A stretch of 63,496 nucleotides of DNA, counting the filler, from Trichosphaerium sp. ATCC 40318 (Eukaryota; Protista; Tubulinea): assembly GCA_038496445.1 (NCBI GenBank). It is 3 parts of 3 records of this genome, joined end to end, with 100 filler letters (N's around TTAATTAATTAA, not from the genome) between each part and the next. Parts side by side here need not be neighbours in the genome. Positions count along the whole stretch, not along the records: positions 1 to 27,340 come from JALMLS010000002.1; 2 more parts are not named here. One strand, written 5' to 3'. The notes beneath the pieces are model-generated. The model was not told where the DNA came from and ran no database searches. It saw only the letters and a list, made by a program, of their open reading frames with translations. Every line of letters begins with the position of its first letter. The stretch's first letter is position 1. The position numbers and the translations under genes were made by a program. Of this stretch, positions 1 to 11,438 are shown one piece after another.

Positions 1-273
1 AAAGACAAATAAAGGTCACTTGCTGCTTTTTGTTCAAAACACGTGTGGTTTTACCTGTGCATTCCATCGCTTACAACGCTCCTGAAACGCAGCATCGTAC
101 AAAAACGAAAGGTTAAGTGGAAGTCGAGGTCAACGTTCTTTATTAGTTGTTATGCGATAGATTAATGACTGCAGTATGAGTGACGTTTGCGAAGATGTTG
201 ACCATCCATTGTTTGAAGCGCATTGACACTCAAATAAATTATTGAACAAAACAATCTTTAGAGAGTGTACGAT

Positions 274-2002
274 ATGAGTTCTAGTCCTTCTGGTCCATGT
301 GTTGTATGTCGTAGACCCATTACATCAGGAGCATGGCTTCAATTGCAACGGTACACTTTGTCTTCGCTTCAAACTGCGTCAATATGCAAAATGCAGCTAC
401 AAAAGGCGTTTTAGGCCTACTGGATTTGCAATTGCAATTGTTAACCCAAAGCACCTTTCTAGTGATCGTTTTGCAGTTTCTACGCTACCTCTAACGTCTG
501 TACGTAGGTATTGTTACCATGGAAGTTGTTTTAGATGTGTATCATGTCAAACAGAACTGTAAGTACTGTCAGCCATTAATTCAAGCCTATAGCGGCCTAA
601 GCGCTAGTTGACATGTCCATATTTGGTAACCAGTATTCACGAAAACTGACAGTCCTTTTCTAGATACGGAAAATCATTTACACCCGTGCGCAGTACGGTT
701 TTTTTTGAGAAATTCTTCGTTGCTAAGAAATGACTATCATATTTAGACCAGAATAGTGCTCCTACGATATATTGTAAGAGCTGTAAGACATCATCAAATG
801 GTACGCTGTGTTGATTACGTAGGTTCACTGAAATGCAGTACATCAAACACTACGTTGTGGCCTAAGCATAAATTTCTTTCTTTTTTTGTCTGGCATCTTT
901 TTCGAAAAGTTTAAAACACGTGCTTTGTGATATCCTCTTAACTAGTTGAATTAACGTTATGTGTAGTTACAGTAAAAATACAGGATAATAGAACACCAGG
1001 AGGTGGGAACAATTCTGGTCCGTATGGATGCAAACCTGCGCCACGAGTACAACCACAAAGTATGTTGATTTGTTTCTCCAAGCTGGTTGTTAACATGATT
1101 GCTTTTCAGATTACAATCTAAATCAAAACCATTACCAAGTCCAGAGAGAACAACAAGAAAGAAAAAGGCTTGCTGAAGAAAGGTGGGAGCAAGATAAACT
1201 GGAAAGGCAAAGAAAAGCGAGAAATCAAGCCATATTGCTTGAAGAAAGGAGACAGCTAGAAGAAGAAGCGAGGCAGAGGAGATTACAAGAACAACAAAGA
1301 CTCAGAGAGGAAGAACAACAAAGAACTGAAAGAAAACGAAGAGAAAGCATGGAACAAGATAGATTGGAGAGAGCGAGGAAAGCTTCAATGCCAACACAAC
1401 CACGGACTCAGGTACAATATTATGATAAAACGTTTTTCAACAATAGTAGGGATATAAGCAACAGCCAAGGCAAACACAATACAGTACTTCACAACGACCT
1501 ATAGCTCCAACACGGCACAGACCACCTCCAGTTGTACAGTCATTTCGTCCACAACATCCAGTATCTTCATTTCCGGCTTCTGCATCACCACCTCCGCCGC
1601 CTATGAATAGTGGTCCACCCCCTCCACTTCCACCTATGAGTATTGCTTCACCATCAACTGGACCTGCACGTCCAAAGTTGTACGTAATATAGTTTCAAGT
1701 TTCGTATTTATGATGAAAGGGGTGGACTTCTTGGAGCTATTGAAGGGTTCAGCAAGAATAATCTAAAAAAGTCTAGTACAAATAATTCTTCAAACAGAGG
1801 TATAGGGAGAGTAACGAATGGTACTTCAACCAACCAAATATTCCACAAGATTTTGCACAACAAAGATACTAACTTCTTTTTTTCCTTAGTACCAACTGGG
1901 AGTTCTTCATCGCGTGGACCAATGTCACAGAGACCAAAGATGGGTTTTGGGTCTATAGCAGAAGAAGCAATTTTAAAGCGTAATAATTTAAGAAAAGTTT
2001 AA
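274..2002 (+). CDS. Multi-exon LIM-domain / coiled-coil / proline-rich / WH2 actin-regulatory protein
   Basis: Spliced exons read MSSSPSGPCVVCRRPI...YHGSCFRCVSC...IYCKSC (LIM zinc ligands), then an E/R/Q coiled coil (ORF 1235-1504), PPPP tracts (~1590-1635), GGLLGAIEGFSKNNLKKS (~1720-1775) and C-terminal ...KRNNLRKV* (WH2-like LKK/LRK). GT-AG introns, e.g. 1060-1109. Confidence 0.7.
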
Positions 2003-2079
2003 ATAAAACAAGTGTTGATTAAGAGTCCAAGCTAGGGATTTTGACGTATGATATCTCCAGTTGAAGTACATTAGAACAG

Positions 2080-3386
2080 CCTATTTTCAGAACTTTGATA
2101 AACCAGGCAATTCAAACACTGGTTTTTATTTCACTTTTGCGTCACTTTACTCATTTTTTGGTACAAGTGTTGAAATGCAGCAGTTGATCGAGACATTCTT
2201 GAGTAATTGACGTGTCAGTAATATTAATTTTGTGAACCCCAGTTAGTGATTTAATGGCTTCATTTGTTATCTGTTTACAACCTCTAAGATTAATAAAATA
2301 TGCTCCAGAAAGTGCCTGGACGCCTTTGTCTGTAATGTGTTTGCACCCACCAAGATCTATAATGTGTACACCTGACAGTGCTTCGATACCTTTATCTGTA
2401 ATAGACGTTACTCAGAAAAATGGTATGTACACCAGCGAGTGCTTTTATCCCTTCATCTGTAATAGATGTGTTACTCAAATAAATGGTATGTACACCAGCG
2501 AGTGACTTTATCCCTTCATCTGTGACTGAGGTTCTGCGCAGATCAATGGTGTGAACACCAGATCTGTAGGCAACTTACACAGATAAATTTTGTGTACACC
2601 AGCAAAGTGCTTTATCCCTTCATTTAATACATTTGCAACCAATGAGGTTTATTGAGTTAACACCAGCAAGTGACTTTATCCCTTCATCTGTAATACATTT
2701 GCAACCAATGAGGTTTATTGTATTAACACCAGCAAGTGACTTTATCCTTCATCTGTGACTGAGGTTCTGCACAGATCAATGGTATGTACACCAGAAAGAT
2801 ATTTTAACCCTTCATCTGTAATAGATGTGTTATTAAGATTAATTTTATGTGCACCAAAGATTTTATCCCTTCATCTGTTACTGCGGTTCTAGATAGATGA
2901 ATGGTATGTACACCAGCAAGTGCTTTTAACCCTTCATCTGTTACTGAAGTATGGCTAAGGTCAATGGCATGTACACCAGCAAGTGCTTTGACACCTTCAT
3001 CAGTTACAGTATTACTACATTCACAAAGATCAATGGAATGAACACCAGCAAATGTCTTGATAACATCATCAGAAATGGCTTTGCCAACAAGTTTGATGTT
3101 TGTGTGCTGGAGAGTACTTGAGTATTTTAAAATTGCTGAAGCTTGGTCAACACGTGAAATCTGAACGCTACAGTATCCGATAATATCGTGAACAATAGAA
3201 GCAAGGTGATGACAGGTTTGAGAAGCAGCAAAGCGTGATTTTGTTGTTGTTACGCAAAATAAGCGCTAAAACCTCTGTGGGAAGGTCTAAAATGCTTATT
3301 TGCGCCCTATTATATGTTAGAATAGGAAAATAGAACAAGTTACGTCGGAACCTTTCATCTTTAATATTTATCTTTTGTACGAGCAT
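2080..3386 (-). pseudogene. F-box/LRR gene, frameshifted (pseudogene or sequencing errors)
   Basis: F-box ILDLPTEVLALIL in ORF 3168-3386, followed by ~75-bp LRR units (LAGVHTIDL..TDEGIKAL type) with several indels between ~2400 and 2870. Left boundary approximate. Confidence 0.75.
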
Positions 3387-3450
3387 ATCGAGTGTATCGT
3401 AAACCGTTGGGAACTCACAGCTTTTCGGAATGACTTAAATACGATGTTAA

Positions 3451-4243
3451 GTGACCGTCCATTGCGATGCCGTTTACATACCAAAGGGCTACCGAATGAT
3501 AAGAAAGCAGCCTTACTCTTTTTCAATACCATACTTCGCAAATAGACAAAAACGGATCGTTAATGACTACACAACGCCCACTTGGGGTTTTATGACGCCG
3601 GAGCTTGTTTGTGAAGTGGCTGATTGGCTTTGTAATGATTGGCGTGGTATTATTTGCTTCTCAAGAACATGTAAATACCTCAACGACGTACTAACCCACC
3701 ACGAGAAGCGTGTATGGAGGATGCCATGTAAATTATTAAACATAGACACTAGAAAGGTAGATAACCCTCGCACAAGGTACGTAACGCGTAGTATACGCTA
3801 TCAACATTGTTTCAAGCTGATTTCAACTTAGATTTGGCTTGGAGATTCTAGAACGCCGTTTAGACGCTAAGATCATTACAGCAGCCTCTAACATAATCAA
3901 ACTACAAGGAACACAAGCAGTCAGATGCTTCACAGTTAGTATACAACGTCCACCACAAAATCCAAAAACTTGGACTCAAATCTCGTCAACGGAGTTCCTT
4001 AGCCGCTTTTCATCGATTTATGTTGATCTACTTAACGAAGATATTGGTACAATTGAGCATAACTTACCTTGTTCTCGAAATATTATGTCACGTGCTTTAA
4101 GAAACTTTCAAAAATTATGGCCTTCGTCAACTATCGATGCACAGTATTATATTAATCACGTGATGCGTTCTTTACGTGTTTCTAATGAAGAAAGAGCTCT
4201 TGTGATTCATCCAGGTTATACACCTAAAAGTCAAGTTTTTTAG
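3451..4243 (+). CDS. F-box-like protein (2+ exons)
   Basis: MTPELVCEVADWL...FSRTCKYLNDVL is F-box-like. An intron (~3777-3831, GTACGT...TTAG) joins ORF 3451-3831 in frame to ORF 3839-4243. Start codon uncertain. Confidence 0.6.
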
Positions 4244-4569
4244 TTGATTGTACACAATATTCCTTCACAAGTTGTAATAAAATCTCGTTTGTACATTATT
4301 TTACTCTGCAATTCGAAAAAAATACAATTGGTTTAGATTGATCCTACGTTTTTACCATACAGTTTTTTTGGGTATTTACAATTCTTATGAGTTAATATTA
4401 GCATTGTTTTTTTGTTTAGTCTTGTTGTTTCAAGAAAAAGAGGAATTGTCATAATAGGCTATCAAGGAGAAGGTAAGAAGGAACTATTTATAACTTTTGT
4501 GTATTCAATTGCTGCCTTCTATTCCCACATTGGGTTACTTTGAAAATGTTGAGCTGAGCCATTTAATAC

Positions 4570-5394
4570 CTAATGCTTCGACACTTTCTTTGAAATCTGA
4601 CAACTTCCATTGATTGTAGCTGATTTAAGTGATTTTAAGTGCTTCAAACATGAGTTTGTTACCTTGTCACAATTGAAGAGGTTAAGGCGTTCAAGATTGA
4701 CCAATGGCTTCAAACCTGCGTCTGTAATCGCGCAACCACAAACAAACAAACTTTTGAGATTTGTCAGTACTTTGATTGCATCATCTGTTATCACTGATGT
4801 GCCTCGGGTAGACTCAACAATATTTAATGTGTGTACATTGCCGAGATATTTAGAATAAGAAGCTTGTATGTTTGAGAGTGATATTTCATGGACATTCTTC
4901 AATGCCTTTATACCTTCAGCAGTAATATTCGTACAACCTAATAAGTTTATACAATGAACTCCTTTCAGAGCTTTTAGAGAAATATCTGTTATCTCTGTAT
5001 TGTTCAATGTAATCGTGTGAATGTTATGTTTTTCTCCAACTAGTGCAAGGATACCTTCATCTGTAATGGTCATTTCTGACAGATATATTGTATGAACGCC
5101 AACAAAACAAGCCAAGTCATGCACAGAGAGTATGATCCTGACAGACTGAAAATATATTGCAGTGTGTTTAAGCAAAGGACTGCCTTTGAGAAAAGAGCAA
5201 TCTGATGCCTTTAATAGCAAAATTTTAAACCCAACATTATGTCGAATAATGTCATTAAACTGAGAAGAAACTACAGAAGCTCTAATACGTTCTTTTTTGT
5301 CTAAATATTGTAGAATATGCGTTAGTGTCTCTGGAGGAAGCTCTTGGAGGAGTATAAATTGGTTTACTACTTCTTGGCTACGCTTTGCTGCCAT
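4570..5394 (-). CDS. Intronless F-box/LRR protein (274 aa)
   Basis: LQELPPETLTHILQYL...RASVVSSQFNDII F-box followed by ITDEGI/ITDAGLKPL LRRs. Confidence 0.9.
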   Translation of the reverse strand: MAAKRSQEVVNQFILLQELPPETLTHILQYLDKKERIRASVVSSQFNDIIRHNVGFKILLLKASDCSFLKGSPLLKHTAIYFQSVRIILSVHDLACFVGVHTIYLSEMTITDEGILALVGEKHNIHTITLNNTEITDISLKALKGVHCINLLGCTNITAEGIKALKNVHEISLSNIQASYSKYLGNVHTLNIVESTRGTSVITDDAIKVLTNLKSLFVCGCAITDAGLKPLVNLERLNLFNCDKVTNSCLKHLKSLKSATINGSCQISKKVSKH

Positions 5395-5938
5395 TGAAGA
5401 TAACGAGGATAACGAAACATATTTTTAAGTCACCAACAACTTAAGTGCAACTGAATTACATTGACTAATAGAATGTGCGTGAGGGAAGACAGGGAGGTAG
5501 GTCACAGAGGGAAAAACGTATTGGAAAGACACGGGAGATTTTTAGGCAGGTATTAACGCCAAGGGGCTTTTCCGGCAAGGGAAGGTTTTAATTAAAATAT
5601 TTTTCCGCCAACCTTTTTTCTTTTCTTTTTTCTACATTATTGTATTAGGCGGGAAAGCCATGTCGGGAGGTGTGCCGACTATCTCCAAGTAGGTTTATCT
5701 GCGCCCGGATAAGTCAACCCCAAAAAATAAACAAACAAACAAGTACGTTGAGTATAATCTGGTTGTGTTCGGAGTTCTAGTAAGAGCGAAACTGTTGCTT
5801 ATTAGAATGGATTTATTGCACACAATCATAGAGCCTACAAGGTGTATTGCTATACGTAGCTAAGTTTCAGAGTGCAAAGCTATTGCTTGTTCTGATGTTA
5901 AGTGTATCTGCAGCGTTACATAACTATTGTATATGATA

Positions 5939-7292
5939 CTATTGTAGTAGATTAAAGGTTGTATGCAATCCGAAATGATCTAGGGTAACCTTGTTAGTTT
6001 TGTCATTGATTTTGTGAAAAAAGTTGAGGAATTTAAAGGTTGTCTTACCTGATATCATAGGCGGTTTATCTTCCTTTCCAATGATCTTAATTTGGTCCGC
6101 CTTCCAATACTTACATTTTGTAAATATTCGATCTAACCTGCTTTTCCCCATGTGGCACCCTTAAATTAACAAAACATAAGCAGGATGGAAACAAAACACA
6201 GTTTCAAAGGTTTTTATCACCAAATATACTAGTTTAGCAAAATACAGTGCGCTTTACATATTCAATTTTCGAAAAGACTTAAACGAATCTGGTCTGGAGG
6301 AAAAATGCAAGATGTGTGACTGATTTCGAAATGGAAAAAAAAAGTTTAAAACCAAAACTTGAATTCTCGGAGTGCTGTACCTTATCGTTTTTGTGAATGT
6401 CAACCCACGTATCTCTAAAACCCTTTTTAGGCATAAAAGCTTCTTCTTCTGGCCATGCATAGTTATAATCGCCCAAAACAATCTGATCAGCTTCTGGATT
6501 TAAGTTCTTCAAAATCCATGATAATTGGCCTTCTCGAACTCTATGAAATTGACCTGCGCTTTCAAGATGTACAGTTGATAAAGCCAAAGTATGATCATCA
6601 AATGTAAGTTCACATACTATCTGTGATTTAGAGGAAACGAGGTGAAAACAAATCGAACCTATTGATTTCCTTGGCGCAGCTTTGAAAGGCAAATCATATC
6701 GTTCAAGTTTCGAAAATGGATACTTTGAAAAAATGGCTAACTTGTACTTCGAAAACTGTGTAATTCAATGAGCAAAATAGCACGTGTCAAACTTATTTTT
6801 AGGTACCTGTCCAGAAAGTGGTGAAACGTAGAAGTGTTTTCTAATGTAAGGATGCTTTAAAAGGCATTCATGAGCCAGTTCTGTTGTTTCTTGAACACAT
6901 ATGATGTCTGCATTGCATTCTTCAAACAATTTAACAAGTTTTGCAGTTCTTTCGGTTCTGTCTTCTTCAAATACCTTATAAATTGTTACCAGCGCGTGGT
7001 GAATACCTTTAGAGTACCCAAATGTTGTACGTGATGATATTGAGCTGTTTGACGCCAATTTTGTTTTTTTCTGTATTTACCTAAGCGTTGACGTTAGTAC
7101 AAGCGTATTTGCGTACTGTCGTACAGGTTTCCATTGAGATTTCGTTGTATCCCATTTAGAGCATACTAGAGACGCTATTACGCACTTATCTTCCGTTAGA
7201 CCCTCAAACGGTTTTATTACAGGCTTTTGTTTAATTTTAGGCCCGTCAGTCTTTTTAAGCTTTGTACGTTGTGCCTTTAGTTCTGCAAACAT
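5939..7292 (-). CDS. Multi-exon endonuclease/exonuclease/phosphatase (TDP2-like) protein
   Basis: EEP motifs in order across ORFs: ADIICVQE, TVHLES, IVLGDYN, GFRDTWVD, RLDRIF, SDHFGL (the last after splicing). Confidence 0.8.
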
Positions 7293-9008
7293 GTTGTTAT
7301 GTGTTGTGTTATAGAATCAACTATTAATAGAAGCTTAACGTACCTTAGGTGTACATTTCTTTCGACAATTTTCGTTGAAACATAGAAATGACATATTTCG
7401 CGCCATCAAAGCACAGTAGAGTAAAGCTTATAATAACCTCATAAGTTACTACTGGTTGTGAACAAATTATTCTGTAGTTTACATCGTTTGTTTTGGCTTT
7501 TTTCGTGCAACGTAAATTCAGTGAATGTTGACTTGAGGTTAAAAAATTCTTTACAAAATCATACAAGTTAAACACTCTACATAGACCACGTTGCTTACTT
7601 ACACTTTGTACATATAACGTCAAACAAGCATGGAAGGAGAAATATTAGCCGGTTGAACCAAGTTCGAATATACCCAATGAGCTGTGGTTTAACCAAAGCA
7701 GCAAACGTGTGGCGTTCTTGGGATGCTACCATAGTACTTGCGAACTAACCCATCACTAGGAGGTTCCTGATACCTGTATACGCGATATAGCATGTGTTTG
7801 CTTCTTTATAACTTAATAGTTGATAGAGCCAATACTACATCATTCGTGATTTTGAATGACACTTAACAACAGTATTTGTTTGAGCTTTTAAGTTGTTCAT
7901 AAAGTACTTAGGTCAGAGTTCCACTCGTGTTTCTTATCCAGAAATGAGCTCTCAGAAGAGCACATTGAGTGTCTTTTTACACATAATACTACTTTTGTAT
8001 CCTAGCGTTGCTAAAGTGCCGTAAACTATGCACTTGAAGTAGGGGTTAAGTTAGTTATTCGTCTAGTCACCTGTTTAAGGTATACTACGCATAAAGGATT
8101 ACCATTGATTGTACTTGTGACAACAGCAACACGAGGAAGGTGAGTAATCCAAGGATTCGATATCTAAATAACATGATTGTTAAGGAAGCAAATGAACGTG
8201 AAGATGGAAGAGCTTGTTTCCCTTTTGTCTTGAATAATTTTTACTGGCATCGTATCATCCTTGATGAAGGGTATAGTACTTGAGAAACAAGACCATTTCT
8301 ATTTTAAGGAATTGTGTTCGTTTGAAGCTAGATCAATGTGGGTTGTAAAACACCGTTTACTATGGTACACTAATAACTTTTTCTTATAATAGCCTATGTA
8401 GGCTTAAAATAGATGACTATAAAGTTTCTTAGGATCAAATATAGCGACCCAGAGTTCAACTTCTCCACAAGATAAACGTCCGTCTTTTTCTTACAATTTT
8501 CGCTTTAGTATTACTATCTTTCGTACTAAAGGTAAAATCTAGCTGGGACACACAGACTAAATCATACACAAAGTGCAATTGGGAACAAGAACAAGCATAC
8601 CTATTTTTCGGTCCCCTCTGTGTACTAGAGATGTTGCCAAAACGGATGTTAAAACTGTCTTTGAAAAAAATTGTGACTGAAGTCGAAGTCGTTTTTGAGC
8701 CGGTACAGATTTGTAACATAAAAGGGCTGTTTGTTTCATTTATTGTATCACATAGTCCGAGCCAGCTATTAGTTCTGGTGCCACCAGTATTTATTTAGAT
8801 TTTATTGTAACAAAACACAACCAAATGACTACAATTAAGACGTGAGCTCCATTACACGTGTAAGTGAGAGACTTTGAAATAGAACAAATACTGTGCAAGA
8901 AGCAACTTATTTTATTCCTTGTAAAAAAGAGGTTGTAAATAACCAACTACATATCTATTTTAGATTTTAACTTCAAAGTTCTAAATGGCAGTACCACATC
9001 GTTGACAG

Positions 9009-9991
9009 ATGACAAACAAAACATCAAACAATATTTTCTGGTGTAGAAGTCAACAGGGTTCTCTTGTACATAGTAAATCCTTTTCTCGAGATTTTTGTCC
9101 GTTTACCAAAATAATGGCACAAAGCACGAATAAAGGTAAAACGCCCAACGCTGGTCTTTTAACCGTATGTGACGATGTCTTAAACGAAATATCAATGAGA
9201 ACGCTTTATCACGACTTTAGAGGCTTAGTACGTCTAGAAAGAGTCTGTAAAACGTTGAGGCAACGTATAAAGGCTTGCGATGTAACAAAAATATTTAAGC
9301 TCGATGTAGCGATCTTACAGGTGTTCAGTACATCAGACGAGCTTAAAGTAAAGCTTATCAATCACTTACGCAATGATTCAGTGCTGTGTGGGGTACTAAA
9401 ACAAGATTTGTGCGAGACATACATTTATAATTGTATGTGGAGTGGTTTTGTAGACCAATTTTGCTCAAGTACTAATGATCTGGATGACGTGGTTAAGTGT
9501 CACTTTGAGAATCAAGGATATTGTTGTTCAGTTTATAACGATTTAAAGGTTGAAGATTATTTAAATATCTTCTCATGCGTAAGCTGTGCTTCTAAATACG
9601 CACCACATATCAATCTTAAGCCTATTACTTGTGACAAGTGTCGTAACTGCATAGATGCTAGGCATTACATTGTGTTACGGCGTCCAAATGGCGAAATATT
9701 GTGCGAAGATTGCTTTGGCTGTACAAAAGATGTGTTACGCTATATCAAACAATGTGGATCAAAGATGTTATTATCTGCAGCAAAAGCTGTGAGCGTTCGA
9801 CCATAGATAGTAACTTTGCAAGGTTAGCTTCACCAGTGGAGATAGAGAAGATTTTAGAAACATTGGATGAAGACGATGATGAAGAAATGGAGGAAAAGAT
9901 TTGCAACAGCACAGTTTATACTATTGCTAGTTGTAGCTACAATGAAAATGAATTGGGTGATACATATTACATGATTGTACTCAAAAAATAA
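9009..9991 (+). CDS. F-box-like, Cys-rich hypothetical protein (frameshift or intron near 9750-9800)
   Basis: LLTVCDDVLNEI...LVRLERVCKTLR is F-box-like. CxxC pairs follow, with an acidic tail in overlapping ORF 9701-9991. Confidence 0.55.
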
Positions 9992-10084
9992 CAAAATAAC
10001 AAAATAATAAAATGGTGTAAAAATACAATTGTTTGTCTTTACAACCAAACAATGACTTGGACTGGAATGGTACTGTTGCATCTC

Positions 10085-10546
10085 AACAGTGAGATAAATA
10101 TTGCTATTGCCAGGTGTTCTGTACAACGTTGAGACAACGTATAAAGGCTTGCGATGTAACAAAAACACATAATGGAGATGTAGCAATCTTACAGGTTCTG
10201 TACCTCAGATGACCTTAAAGTAAAGCTTTATCAATCATTTACGCAATGATTCAGTGCTGTATGGGGTACTAAAACGAGACGTTTATATCAGTACATGTGG
10301 AGAGCTTTGGAACCAATTTTTATCAATGCTCATTTTCTGGATAAAGTGTTTCAGTGTCACTTCTTTACAGATTTTCACGATTCCTGTTCTATTGACACCG
10401 ACTTATCGGTTGATGACTTTTTAAATATCTTTTCATACCCAAGCTATGATTCTCAATACGCACCCACCTCAATTTCAACCCTGTTACTTGTAAAGAATGT
10501 TGCAAGTGCGCAACTTCTGATCACAATATTGTGTTACAATGTTTAA
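10085..10546 (+). pseudogene. Degenerate tandem duplicate of the 9009 gene
   Basis: Near-identical blocks (ataaaggcttgcgatgtaacaaaaa; ttacgcaatgattcagtgctgt; ttaaatatctt) match 9250-9640, with indels. Confidence 0.75.
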
Positions 10547-11438
10547 CAAATACATACGAATCAGTGGTACCTTGTTGTTACTCAGATATTGGTAGCTGCC
10601 TTTATGTGTTAAGGGTTACTCACCTGGTATCAATAGCATCAATGCAAGGTAAGATTAGAAAGTGTTTTTTGAGGATGCACTAGTCACGTGCTCACGATCT
10701 CTTTGGTTACTTGAATACTATACGGTAGCTGGTGGAACAATACTACAGTAAAATAATTATCATAATGTGGCCGCACTACATACAACCCTAGATATCTAGT
10801 TGTAACAAGCTTCTATGATGACAGAATAAAAAAACTAAGCTCCGTTTGTTGTACTTGCTTTACCACTAAATTTATTATACCTATTGTATTCAATAGGCAT
10901 ACCTTAACACTAACTGGTTCATCTTTGTCACGAGTAGAAACGTCGTATAGTGATAAAAAGCTAAACAATATTTTTTTCAAAGTAAATCTAATAAGGTTAG
11001 ATAAATCCATCGTCCATTGGCTCCTACACAACTACACAGATTGGAGGAGAACCTATCTCTTGGCTTGACGGTTTGGTATTTATTCAAAGTCAAATACAAT
11101 AAAACTACAACCGATACCAAAAAACTGTCCAGTAATATTTCCTCTAGCCGTTCCCTTACATTGTTGACTTGTACGTTAGTAGCCCAACCTCCATTAGTCT
11201 CAAAGTCCATAAACCCGGGTTTGTACAGCCATTAAATACGCTTTCGGACAGGGTTTTCGCTTTGCTCAGTACCCGACTTTCACGCATATTATCAAGGGAA
11301 CTAAATATTTAGTAGTGTAACTTAACCGCGGACAGACTTAGAACAGACACTGCCTACAACTTATTCCGGAATTCTGTAGAAACAACTACAAATATATTGC
11401 GTTCGACATTAAAAGCAACAAGCAAAGCATAACTTGCA

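Noticed and set aside
7345-8740. Short minus-strand ORFs
   Set aside because: I could not build a consistent spliced frame or recognise any motif.
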